The notes under the pieces: generated by a model | Database searches by the model: none | The model's input: the letters and a program-made list of their open reading frames with translations, nothing else | What the model was told of the DNA's origin: nothing | Program-made: the position numbers and the translations under genes | Source: Mobula hypostoma | Lineage: Eukaryota | Direction: 5' to 3' | Length of the DNA: 64,000 nt | NCBI RefSeq assembly: GCF_963921235.1 | Contig: NC_086100.1 | Span: 203,982,001 to 204,046,000, forward strand | Shown here: positions 10,366 through 22,800 of the stretch, one piece after another | Position numbering within the stretch: the first letter of the stretch is position 1 | Layout: every line of letters starts with the position of its first letter

Positions 10366-13300
10366 TACGTGCGTGAGTGGGCCAGTGAAGGAGTGGAACT
10401 TTGAGGCTTTGACTCAAGAGATTCTGGCAGTTTTGGCAGCTGGTCTGTGCAATCAAGTCAATCAAGATTTGAATAAATCAGCAGAAAGCCATTGATTAGA
10501 CAATCAAGATTTGAATAGCTCAGACTCAGCAGAAAGCAGCTGATTGGACAGTCGAGGTCAGGTGACCAAACATTTTGAAATGCTCAAACAGATGAATACA
10601 GGGATAGCTCAAGCGAAGCAGCCTGTGGAAACTGGCCAGTGAGTGAGTGGGCCAGTGAAGGAGTGGAGCTTTGAGGCTTTGACTCAAGAGGCTTCGACAA
10701 GAAGAGGCGGAAGACAAGCTAGCTCACAGTTAGTTTTTACAATGTCTCCTGAGACGGTGATGTGCCTCTTATGTGAGATGTGGCAGTCTTGGGGGAACGC
10801 CCCTCTCCCGCAGAGTCACATCTGCCAGAAATGCATACGGCTGGGCGATCTGGAAGACCGTGTAAGGAATCTGGAGCAGCAGCTGGATGACCTTAGACTC
10901 ATAAGGGAGAATGAGGCAGTCATAGATGAGAGCTACTGGGAGGTAGTCACACCTAGGCTGTCGGAAGCAGGTCGTTGGGTGTCAGTCAGAGGGGGGAAAG
11001 CGAAGGTGAGCAGACAGGTAGTGCAGAGCACCCCTGTAGCCATTCCCCTGAATAATAAGTTTACCATCCTGGATACTGTTGGCGGGGACGACCGACCAGG
11101 TGTGAGCCACGGTGGCAGGGCCTCCAGCACTGAGTCTGACCCTGTGGTTCAGAAGGGTGGGACGGAGAAGAGGAGAGCTGTCGTCATTGGAGACTCTATA
11201 GTCAGGGGAGCAGATAGGAGATTTGGTGAACGTGAGAAGGACACCCGCATGGTTTGTTGCCTCCCGGGTGCCAGGGTCCGGGATGTCTCTGACCGGGTGC
11301 ACGACATCCTGGTATGAGAGGGAAAGCAACCAGAAGTCGTGGTACATGTTGGGACCAACAACATAGGCAGGAAGGGGGATGAGGTCCTGAAGTGTGAGTT
11401 TCGGGAACTAAGCAGAAGGCTGAAGAACAGGACATCAAGAGTGACGTTCTCAGGATTGCTGCCAGTGCAACGTGACAGTGATGGTAAGAATTGGAGGAGA
11501 TGACATTTGAATGCGTGGCTGAGAAGTTGGTGCAGGGAGCAGGGTTTTAGATTTTTAGATCATTGGGATCGCTTCTGGGGAAGGTGGGACCTGTACAGAT
11601 TGGATGGGTTGCACCTGAACTCGAGGGGAAGCAATATCCTTGCAGGTAGGTTTGCTAGCATGGTTCAGGAGGGTTTACACTAATTTGCGAGGGGGATGGG
11701 ACCCAGAGTGATAGAGCAGTGTAAGAAATGCATGGAGTAAAGCCAGATCTAACATACAGAGAGGCTTTGAGCAAAGAGAAGCCGAATAAACGGTGTAAAG
11801 ACAGTAAGGCAGAAGGGCTGAAATGTGTGTACCTCAATGCAAGAAACATCAGGAACAAAGGTGATGAACTGAGAGCTTGGATATATACATGGAATTATGA
11901 TGTAGTGGCCATTACAGAGAATTGGGTGGCACCAGGACAGGAATGGATTCTCAATATTCCTGGATTTCAGTGCTTTAAAAGGGATAGAGAGGGCGGAAAA
12001 AGCGGAGGAGGGGTGGCATTACTGGTCAGGGATACTATGACAGCTACAGAAAGGGTGGGTAATGTAGCAGGATCCACTTTTGAGTCAGTATGGGTGGAAG
12101 TCAGGAACAGGAAGGGAGCAGTTACTCTACTGGGGGTATTCTATAGGCCCCCTGGTAGCAGCAGAGATACAGAGGAGCAGATTGGGAGGCAGATTTTGGA
12201 AAGGAGCAAAAATAACAGGGTTGTTATCATGGGTGACTTTAACTTCCCTAATATTGATTGGCACCTGATTAGTTCCAAGGGTTTAGATGGGGCAGAGTTT
12301 AAGTGTGTCCAGGACGGATTCCTGTCACAGTATGTGGACAGGCCGACCAGGGGGATGCCATACTAGATCTAGTAGTAGGTAATGAACCGGGTCAGGTCAC
12401 AGATCTCTCAGTGGGTGAGCATCTGGGAGACAGTGACCACCGCTCCCTGGCCTTTAGCATTATCATGGAAAAGGACAGAATCAGAGAGGACAGGAACATT
12501 TTTAATTGGGGAAAGGCAAATTATGAGGCTATTAGGCTAGAACTTGCGGGTGTGAATTGGGATGATGCTTTTGCAGGGAAATGTACTATGGACATGTGGT
12601 CGATGTTCAGTGATCCCTTGCGGGGTGTTAAGGATAAATTTGTTCCGGTGAGGAAGATAACGAATGGGAGGGTGAAGGAACCATGGGTAACAAGTGAAGT
12701 GGAAAATCTAGTCAGGTGGAGGAAGGCAGCATACATGAGGTTTAGGATGCAAGGATCAGATGGGTCTATTGAGGAACATAGGGAAGCAAGAAAGGAGCTT
12801 AAGAAGGAGCTAAGAAGAGCAAGAAGGGGGCATGAGAAGGCCTTGACGAGTAGGGTAAAGGAAAACCCCAAGGCATTCTTCAATTATGTGAAGAAAGAAA
12901 GGATGACAGGACTGAAGGTAGGACCGATTAGAAATAAAGCTGGGAAGATGTGCCTGGAGGCTGTGGAAGGGAGCGAGGTCCTCAATGAATACTTCTCTTT
13001 GGTATTCACCAATGAAAAGGAACTTGATGGTGAGGAGAATATGAGTGAGGTTGATGTTCTGGAGCATGTTGATATTAAGGGAGAGGAGGTGTTGGAGTTG
13101 TTAAAATACATTAGGACAGATAAGTCCCAAGGGCCTGACAGAATATTTCCCAGGCTGCTCCACGAGGCAAGAGAAGAGATTGCTGAGACTCAGGCTAGAA
13201 TCTTTATGTCCTCGTTGTCCACGGGAATGGTACCGGAGGATTGGAGAGAGGCGAATGTTGTCCCCTTGTTCAAAAAAGGTAGTAGGGATAGTCCGGGTAA

Positions 13301-14669
13301 TTATAGACCAGTGAGCCTTACGTCTGTGGTGGGAAAGCTGTTGGAAAAGATTCTTAGAGATCGGATCTATAGGCATTTAGAGAATCATGGTCTGATCAGG
13401 GACAGTCAGCGTGGCTTTGTGAAGGGCAGATCGTGTCTAACAAGCCTGATATAGTTCTTTGAAGAGGTGAATAGGCATATAGATGAGGGTAGTGCAGTGG
13501 ATGTGATCTATATGGATTTCATTAAGGCATTTGACAAGGTTCCACACGGTAGGCTTATTCAGAAAGTTAGAAGGCTGGGATCCAGGGAAGTTTGGCCAGG
13601 TGGATTCAGAATTGCCTTGCCTGCAGAAGGCAGAGGGTGGTGGTGGAGGGAGTACATTCAGATAGGAGGATTGTGACTAGTGGTGTCCCACAAGGATCTG
13701 TTCTGGGACCTCTACTTTTCGTGATGTTTATTAACGACCTGGATGTGGGGGTAGAAGGATGGGTTGGCAAGTTTGCAGACGACACAAAGGTTGGTGGTGT
13801 TGTAGGTAGTGTACAGGATTGTCGAAGATTGCAGAGAGACATTGATAGGATGCAGAAGTGGGCTGAGAAGTGGCAGATGGAGTTCAAGCCAGAGAAGTGT
13901 GAGGTGGTACACTTTGGAAGAACAAACTCCAAGGCAGAGTACAAAGTAAATGGCAGGATACTTGGTAGTGTGGAGGAGCAGAGGGATCTGGGTGTACATG
14001 TCCACAGATCGTTGAAAGTTGCCTCACAAGTGGATAGGGTAGTTAAGAAAGCTTATGGGGTGTTAGCTTTCATAAGTCTTGGGATAGTGTTTAAGAGTCG
14101 CGATGTAATGATGCAGTTCTATGAAATTCTGGTTAGGCCACACTTGCAGTACTGTGTCCAGTTCTGGTCACCTCACTATAGGAAGGATGTGGAAGTATTG
14201 GAAAGGGTACAGAGGAGATTTACCAGGATACTGCCTGGTTTAGAAAGTATGCATTATGATCAGAGATTAAGAGAGCTAGGGCTTTACTCTTTGGAGAGGA
14301 GGATGAGAGGCGACATGATAGAGGTGTACAAGATAATAAGAGGAATAGATAGAGTGGATAACCAGCGCCTCTTCCCCAGGGCACCACTGCTCAATACAAG
14401 AGGACATGGCTTTAAGGTAAGGGGTGGGGATTTCAAGAGGCATATTAGAGGAAAGTTTTTTACTCAGAGAGTGGTTGGTGCGTGGAATGCACTGCTTGAG
14501 TCAGTGGTGGAGGCAGATACACTAGTGAAGTTTAAGAGACTACTAGACAGGTATATGGAGGAATTTATGGTGGAGGCTTATGTGGGAGGCTGGGTATGAG
14601 GGTCGGCACAACATTGTGGGCCGAAGGGCCTGTACTGTGCTGTACTATTCTATGTTCTAAATTCTATGT
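10366..14669 (+). mobile_element. Full-length (~4.3 kb) CR1 LINE: 5'UTR, ORF1 (Zn finger/coiled-coil/SGNH esterase), ORF2 (APE+RT); inactivated
   Basis: ORF1 CLLC..CQKC, VIGDSIVR, CLPGARVRDV, HVGTN, DGLHLN with internal stops. ORF2 YLNARNI, YRPP, GDFN, SDH, RT FADD. (TTCTATG) tail. 8-bp TSD TCAAACTT at 10358-10365 and 14670-14677. Confidence 0.93.
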
Positions 14670-14679
14670 TCAAACTTCT

Positions 14680-15241
14680 TGTGGCATTACATGCTAGGCT
14701 CTGTACGTTTTCTTGGTAGATGTGGAGGAAAATACTGTGAGTTAAACATTTTGAAGGACAAACGTTCAATATTGGGTTTTTGAGTATGGAAACGAGTTTG
14801 CAGCTCAGTTTGTTGCAGATATAGATCTTGGCTTTCGGCAGAGGCGACTCTTCGTATAAATACTTGCAGTTGTTTCTCTTGGAAGATTTAGGGTCAAGAG
14901 TATGAGTCAAACTGCTGGTTAGTACAAGGCTTTGAGGATTACTCATTTTTTTTAATGTTTGGCTGTTTGCTATGGATATGGTTTATCACAGGAGAGCTGC
15001 GTGTTAACCAAGCGTATCTTTTCGAATTCGGAAGGTTAATCGAACAGTTTTGCTTTAGCTATGGATTTTTACATGCATAAAAAGGGCTGTGATCTCTGTA
15101 TTACAGGGAGTTCGAAACCACTGTTGGAGGGTCAACACCCCGCGATATCAATAATAAAGCTCTCTTTACTTTCAAATCTTCGTCTCGTTTACTTGCGAGC
15201 AAATTTAATCGAATTTTCTTAGCAAATTATTTTCCCTAACA
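14680..15241 (+). mobile_element. 5' LTR of an endogenous retrovirus-like element
   Basis: TG...CA termini; CATAAAA TATA-like box (~15076) and AATAAA (~15153); immediately followed by a tRNA PBS. The start position is less certain than the end. Confidence 0.65.
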
Positions 15242-15244
15242 ACT

Positions 15245-15262
15245 TGGAGACGAGGATGGGAT
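15245..15262 (+). promoter_or_regulatory. Primer-binding site complementary to tRNA-Ser(GCT) 3' end
   Basis: TGGAGACGAGGATGGGAT vs recalled vertebrate tRNA-Ser(GCT) complement TGGCGACGAGGATGGGAT (17/18), 3 nt after the LTR CA. Confidence 0.75.
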
Positions 15263-15599
15263 CCTTAGAGATGAGGTTTCCAATCGAACTCCAGCGGCAG
15301 TAAACTTCTTTGACAATGCGAGTTACGCTTGGGAAACTTTTATGGGGAACGTTTGACCGTGAGACGTTGTAAGTCTACGGGGGAGAAAGGACCAGTCGGG
15401 CAAGACCAGTAGAGATGAGGGACTAGCCCGTCTGCTGACCCTAAGCACCTGGGGAAGGGCAAGACGGTAGATGGAATGCAGAGTCCGAGACCCACAGAGT
15501 CTCCAATGATAGTCAAATTAAAGGCCGAAGGCTGAAATAAAATCTGTCCTGAAAAGCGGAGGGAAATTGTATTGTGATTGAAAACTTACTAAATTTGAT

Positions 15600-16900
15600 T
15601 ACAAGGTTAACCTAAAACTAACATGCAAGAAATGGGGAGAAATGAAAGAAAATGCGCCAAATTCACCGGCGCTGTGCCGAAGAGAAGAGATAGAATCTCC
15701 AGACTCGCCGATCCACCGACAAAGGCCCCGATGGATAAACATACCGAGAAAAGGGTCAAGCAGTATAAGAAGACGAAGTAACTTTCAGGTGAGCCCCTAG
15801 TGCATTCGCGAAACCCGGTGGACCAGGTATGGCTGGAAAATGCAGATAGCAGGTATGTGCTGACTTTTTCTAATGATTTATACGGATGCAGCCAGTGAGA
15901 ATGGCAATATGGAGGTTCCTTTGATTGAGGAAAATTTTGTTACTGAAAACGTCAGACCAAAGTAAGGGCCGGGGACCCGAACTGGGAATGGGAATACATG
16001 ATGCGATGTTTTAATGCATAGGAACAAGTGCCCAAAAGAATCATTAAAATCTAATCCTAAGATGGAGGAGAGAAATTACAGAAAAATGAAAGTACACACT
16101 CTTCCCCTCCCCTTCTTTCTCACCATTGCGGGACATTCTCCTAAAATCCCAGCTGACGGGCTGCTGGAGATAGCAACGTTTGGCATGGTCGCCGCACATC
16201 AGAGCGCCCGAAGCTGCGACGACAAATCCCTCACAGGAACAGATTTCCCTGACTGGTGCCTCGAACACAGGGATTGTTTCAGCTCCCATGGAACAAGAAC
16301 AGTGACAACCTGTGGATAATCCATAGAGTGTAGGGATGCGGTCGCGGTTACAGAACAAGAGAGTACACTCTATGAAGCAGGTAACAGGACCTAGCGATAG
16401 CCATCGGGAAACTGAGCTACCTGATAGTACAGCCCATACGCAGGTACCCCGAATAACTGTAGGAGATATACTGACCCTCAAGCCCTGAACCCCTGCACAG
16501 GTCAAGAGTATTATTAGTGACTCCCTAACCCCATCAGGAAACCTATCGCCTTCCACAATTGGTTAGTGCAAACTTACGGAATTTTAGCCCTTTACCCGGA
16601 GACGCCGTGTAGCGAAGCCTGCAGGTCGCCTAAGGCAGCGCCTGAACCACCGTAAAGGAACGAATCGGTGTACCCCGTGGAACAAATGGAGATTGGATCC
16701 CGACTGCAGATGGAGGTGAAGGCAGTATGCAGAAAGTCATAGTTAGAGCAGGCCGAAGAGACTATCCTAACAGGGGCCAGACAAAAAACTGATTTTGTGG
16801 AGGTCACGAGATGCCTGCAGAAGACGGATGAGCAGATTTCTTTTTCCGGTTTAAAGATCGTGGCGAAATAGTTTTGAGATACAGAATGGACCTTTAACGG
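15600..16900 (+). mobile_element. Degenerate retroviral gag (class I, gamma/epsilon-like capsid) remnant
   Basis: Manual translation across stops/frameshifts: LKP*TPAQVKSIISD-LPNPIRKPIAFHNWL (~16477-16565) and ARQKTDFVEVTRCLQKTDEQIS (~16776-16843), resembling p30 N-terminal and MHR motifs. Confidence 0.55.
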
Positions 16901-16949
16901 TGCAAACTTTTTTTTTAAAGATGTGCTTTAAGGGTCAAATATTCTTTTA

Positions 16950-17355
16950 GCCATGAAGGGATACTTTCCTATCCACTTTACCATTCTCATTTCCCCCCGC
17001 ATCGCAGTTGCGTCCCTTTCCATCTGCTCCCTCTGGGGTTCCACCGACATCCCTTTTCTCCATGGTCTTCGACTCTCCCCTATCAGATTTTCCTTTCTGT
17101 TGCACTATATCACATACTTCTATCATCGTCCCACCCAGCTCTATAATTCATCATTCATAATTCATCATTCCCCCACTCCCGGTATTACCTATCGCCTACC
17201 ACTTTGTACTCTATCCTCCCCCTTCCACTGTCTTGCTCTAACTTTTCATGCTTTTTCCCAGTTACGATGAAGGGATTTGATCCGAAACCTCATCTGTTTA
17301 CTGCTTTGCATAGATCTTGTCTGGGCCTGCTGAGTTCCACCAGCATTGTATGCAA
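16950..17355 (+). mobile_element. Degenerate Penelope-like 3' UTR/pLTR
   Basis: Pyrimidine-rich stretch then CAGTTACGATGAAGGG..CCGAAAC..CTGCTGAGTTCCACCAGCA, a decayed version of the pLTR. Confidence 0.5.
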
Positions 17356-17389
17356 AACAAAAAATAGGTCTGGTCCGCCGGTTGAGACT

Positions 17390-19030
17390 CTAAGTTGGCG
17401 AAAGGCCATTTGTAATGTCATCAGAAATGATCTCGCAGATGTGGACTGCGACCGGCTATTTATGAGGCCCCCAGAAGTGAAATTTGTTCAGAGTATAAAG
17501 CTTGTCTGTGCCTGTTAGAATCAAAGATAACAAGTGCAGGGAAAGTTGGTTTTCAAGAGATATGCATGTTCTGGTTAATAAAAATAAATAGGTGTGTAAT
17601 AGGTCCAGGCAGGCAGGAACACAGAAGTTGCTTAGGGAGTCTACGGGATGCAAGAGAATACTTAGCAAAGAAATCACGAAGGCTAAAAGAAAACGTGGTT
17701 GCTCTAACAGATAAGGTGAAGGAGAATCCGAAGGGATTCCACGGCTTGGTTGAAAGAAAAAATATTGCAAAGGACAAAATTGGTCCTCTTGAAGAATGGT
17801 ATGGTAATGGATTTGTGGAGCCAAAACAGTTGGAGGTGCGGCAATCATGAATAAAATGTTGAATCTACATTTACTCCAGAGACAGATACAAAGCCTGTCG
17901 AGGTGAGGCGAAAGGACAACTTCAGCTGGAAAACTGGGCTGAAAAATGGCAGACCGCATTTAATGCAGGTAAGTGTGAAGTTGTGGCCAAGGTATACTTC
18001 CTAGCAATGAGGCCGTCAGAATTGTGATTTTTTTAAGAGTATGAACCTTCTGTTTGCCTATCAGATTAAAAGATAACATGTGCAGCGAACCTTGGTTTTC
18101 CAGAGATATCCATGCTCTGATTAAGGAAAATAATGAGTTGTTTAACAGGTCTAGGCAGGTAGGAACTATGAGGTACTTATAGCATATAAGGAATGCAAGA
18201 GAACACTTAAGAAATAAATCACAAATTCTAAACTAAAGCAGGAGCTTGCTATGTCAGACAAGGTGAAGGAGAATACGAAGGGATTCTAGAGATAGCTGAA
18301 ATGCAAACCAATTGTAAGGGACAAAATTGGTCAGAAGATCAGAATGGTACTCCATCTGGGGAGTCAAAACAGATGGTGGGGATATCTTAAACAAAATTTT
18401 GCCTCTGTGTTTACTCAAAAGATAGACACAAAGTCTGCAGAGGTGACGCAAACAACAACGAATTCTGCAAATGCTGGAAATTCAAGCAATACACATCAAA
18501 GTTGCTGGTGAACGCAGCAGGCCAGGCAGCATCTCTAGGAAGAGGTACTGTCGACGTTTCAGGCCGAGACCCTTCGTCAGGATTGACGAAAGGTCTCGGC
18601 CTGAAACGGCGACTGTACCTCTTCCTAGAGATGCTGCCTGGCCTGCTGCGTTCACCAGCAACTTTGTGTGTTGAGGGGTGAGGCAAAGAGACATTAATTT
18701 GTGGACCCTTTATAGAGGAGTTTTGTGCTAACCTGGAATTCAGGATTGATATATCCCAATGGTCTGACAAGGTGTTCTGTCGTAGCCTACAGTATGCAAG
18801 TTCAGAAATTGCCAGACCCTAGCAGAGATATTTAAATCACCCTTCGTGACAGGAGAAGTACCAGAAGATTGGAGAATATCCAGTGTTCCTCCACTGTTTA
18901 AAAAAAGCTCTAAACATACACCACGAAATTGTACGATGAAACCGACACCAGTAGTGGGGAAGTTTTTTGAAGATATCCTAAGGGATCAGATACAAAAGTA
19001 TTTGCATAGACAGCGCCTGGCATGGGGGTT
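17390..19030 (+). mobile_element. Decayed CR1 ORF2 fragments (at least two overlapping pieces)
   Basis: DKVKENPKGF..KIGPL appears twice; TGEVPEDWRI..PLFKK. Confidence 0.6.
18448..18671. mobile_element. Fold-back (inverted) Penelope pLTR insertion
   Basis: About 80-bp imperfect inverted arms of the pLTR around a junction at ~18580; same architecture as 42904-43122. Confidence 0.85.
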
Positions 19031-19039
19031 CTTCCTTGT

Positions 19040-19753
19040 AATGGGAGGTCGCTTGAGAGAGTTATCGCTGATAGCAGACTCGAAGTGTCCACTTTTCTAC
19101 TCGTTCGCTACTAGTTCAAACATTGCATTCTAGTGCCATTGATTGTAGGACATCTGATTGAACTTTGACACATTATTATTGGCTCTGCTCTAGGCCAGAA
19201 CCCATTTATCGCCCTCTTTCCAACAAGTGACAGTCGCAAATTTATAGTTCTTTGTTTTCTCTTCAGTAACCAGATGGAATCACTCCAGGCAGGCACCATT
19301 TCGAGCATTCACAAACCTGCACGTTATGCCAAGCTAAGTCCTCCACAGAAGAACGGTCCCCTTCGTTGTGGTCACAGTCGGTGACTTCTGAAGGAATTCG
19401 GAGGACAACGGGAAGATCGACGGCGTCAATCACTTGAGGACTCAAATCTCTCTCTCCCTCTCCCTCTCCCTCTCGCTCTCGCTCTCGCTCTCTCTCTCTT
19501 TCTCTCTCTTCCCGCCCCCCCCCAACTCAATACCACGAACCGGTATCTACTACTCAACGTAACACTATCTATGTACCCTTAGACTTGAAGAAGCTTGGTT
19601 TCCATATATTTCCACACTTACTTGTATATAATAACTGCATTTATGTTACTGTATTGCGTAGTTACTAATAAATGCTATTACTTATTAGCAATACTGGACT
19701 GCAAAGTGTTTTCCATTTCTGCTGGTTCATTAACCCGTCACGGGGTACGTGGC
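19040..19753 (+). mobile_element. Probable 5' LTR of the Gmr1-type Gypsy element (contains (CT)n tract 19447-19510)
   Basis: AATAAA ~19667; ends ...GTACGTGGCA; followed by a degenerate Pro-like PBS (TGGATCCTGCGTCCGTGAT) and gag ATG at 19859. 5' boundary uncertain. Confidence 0.5.
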
Positions 19754-19858
19754 AAAGTTGGATCCTGCGTCCGTGATATGAATAAATCGGTTGAGGGTCT
19801 TGTTTGAATTGATTGGGGAAAATCCCTTTTGATTTGCTTGTGTGGAATTTCAGCAGAG

Positions 19859-22800
19859 ATGGAGTTTGAGGTTAGTAAGTTTATGGCAGAACCAACCCCT
19901 GAGGCGCTGGATGATGCTAAAAGGGATGTGCTGCTGCAATTGCCCAAACATTCAGACCAAAGGTGACCACTAACATGAGGAAAGCTGAGATGCAGACGGT
20001 AATAGCCCAGCATTATAGAGCTAAGGGAAAGTTTGATGCGGAGGTGTTAGAGTTAGTTGCTGAAGGTAAGGTACTTACTGAGGCTGAGGTTCAGTTGCAA
20101 TTGAAATTGAAATTAAAACAGCTCGAGGCTGATGAAGCAGAAAGGCAGAGGGTTCATGAGGCTAGAGAGGCAGACAAACAGAGGCAAGAGGCAGAAACAG
20201 CTTGAGAGGGAGTTGGTGCGGCAAGGGGTTCCAGTGCCCAGCCGTAGTAGGGAGCCGGTTCTACCGTTTAATATTAGTCAAGGAATTAAGTTGGTACCTC
20301 CATTTGAGGAAACAGAGGTCGAAAGGTGTTTCTTACATTCTGCAAAAGTGGCCATAAGTCGGAACTGGCCGAGAGATCAGTGGGCTGTTCTGTTAAAAAG
20401 TGTGATTAAGGGGAAGGCCCAACGAATGTATTCGGCGTTGTCTGTTGCAGACGCAAATGATTATGATGTAGTGAAAGATGCTGTACTTAAAGTTTACGAG
20501 TTGGTCCCGGAGGTATACAGACAAAGGTTCCGAAATTTGAGGAAGCCTTGGGACCGCACGTTTTCAGAGTTTGCCCGTGAGATACAAATATACTTTGATC
20601 GCTGGTGTGCCTTGAAAGGGGCCAGTGAAGATATTGACAAACTGAAGGAGTTGATATTGATTCAACAGTTTAAAGGTTGCGTTCCCGAAGGTATACGGAC
20701 ATATTTAGATGAGAAAGAGGCAGCGACACCCTCAGAGTCTGCTAGATTAACAGACGAGAATGCCTTAACTCAAAAGTTAGTTTTTTTCCCACTAGGAATT
20801 ACCAGAAGGATAATAGAGTTAATCAACCGACGAAACCAGAAAGTAAGCCGGGGACTAGTGGCAAAAGTAAGGAGGAAGGAAAGCCGTCGGGGGTGGGTGG
20901 GGGGGGGGAATTCCCAGTTTCAAGCGTTACTTTTGTGGGAAACCTGGTCATATGGCGTCCAATTGTTTTGCTATGAAAAGGGAAAAAAGAAGAGAGTGAG
21001 AGAGAAAACCCCAAATGCCTGTGTCCAGATGGTTAAAACACTGCTGAAGAAGGAGTTGTCTGACCGAGTTCAAGAGGGACTCGAGAGATCTATTTCAAAT
21101 GGGATTGTGTCTGTGAAGGAGGGGTCAACCCCAGTTCCAGTGAGAATCTGGAGAGACACTGGAGCTTTTCAGTTATTGATATTCAAGAGTGTTTTGTATT
21201 TTGGTGCTGAGACGGAGACTGGTGAAATAAATATCAAAGGCATTGGAAAAAGAACTGAGGCCGTGCCTTTGCATAAGGTACTTTTAGAATGCGATCTGGC
21301 ATCCAGACCAGTCACAATAGGGGTACGATCTCAACTACCGATAGACAATGATGATGTCTTACTCAGTAATGACCTCGCAGGTGGGGATGTTTACCCAGCA
21401 GTTCAGCTCACAAGTGAGCCTGCTGCTGCTGAGGACCCGCCCATAGATGCTGATGTGTATCCCGCATGCGCAGTGACACGAAGCATGTCCGAAAAGGCTG
21501 CTGATGCTAATGTTGATTTATCCGAGACTTTCCTACCGTCCCTGTACCAACAGGATATAGAGGGTAGTAAGGCTGAGGAGAACAAGGAGGAAGGGAAATA
21601 CTTGTCCTTATCGGGGAAGGAATTTGTAGAGGAACAGAGTAAAGATCCTGAAATTGTGGCTTTATATGAGACAGCTCTCTCCGAGGAGGAAATTCAGAAA
21701 CAGACAGTAGGATATTACCTTAAAGATGGGGTGTTGATGAGGAAATGGAGACCAGCCACTGTGCCTGCCAGTGAGGATTGGCCTATCGTGCATCAGGTAG
21801 TGGTTCCAAAGGTTTCCAGGGCTGAAATTTTAAACCTGGCCCACAAGATGCCTTTAGGGGGACATTTTGGAGTAGAGAACACAGTGCACAGGATTAAGAG
21901 GGAATATTATAGGCCTAACTTGAGGAAAGACTTTGTCAATTACTGCAGAGGGTGTCATACGTGCCAGGTGGTGTGAACACCTAACCAGGCCATCCCAAAG
22001 GCACCACTTTGGCCAATACCTGCTTTCGGTGAACCTTTTTCTAGGCTCATAGTCGAATGCGTAGGCCCGTTGCCAAAGGCTGCTGCTGGTCATCAGGTCT
22101 TGTTAACAATTATGTGTGCTGCATCTGGGTTCCCTGAAGCCGTGTCTCTCAGAAACATCCAGGCCAAGACTGTGGTAAAGGCACTCAGCAAGTTTTTCGC
22201 ACTGATAGATTTACCTAAAGAAATTCAGTCTGACCAGGATAGTAACTTTACTTCAAGAACATTCCAGCAAATAGTTTCTGAGCTGGGAGCTGAACAGATT
22301 GTGTCATTTGCCTACCACCCAGAGTCTCAAGGGGCTTTGGAGCGTTTTCATTCCACTTTAAAGACCATGATTAAAACCTACTGTTACGAGAATGATGAGG
22401 ACTGGGATGAAGGAATACACTTATTACTTTTTGCCGTGAGAGACACCATTCAAGAGTCCCTAGAGTTCAGCCCGTTTGTGCTCATTTTCGGCCATAGGCC
22501 CAAAGGACCTTTGACCCTGCTCAGAGAGCAATGGTCTAACCCAAAAGTATGTGTCAGTGTGTTAGACTATATTTTAAAACTCCATGAAAGACTTAACGAG
22601 GCTTGTGACCTTGCCAAGAAGAATCTGAAAAACTCTCAAATTAAAATGAAACATTGGTTTGATAAGAGAGTGAAGGAGCAGGTGTTTGAGGTTGGAAATA
22701 AAGTGCTGGTGCTATTCCCTCTTGTTACCAACCTCCTCCCTCCAAGCACAATTCCATGGACCATACCACATAATTAAGAAAATTGATTCTTTGAATTATG

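Noticed and set aside
6754..14669. RT ORFs as a retron, DGR or group II intron system
   Set aside because: APE domain, esterase ORF1 and short tandem 3' tails identify them as CR1 non-LTR retrotransposons.
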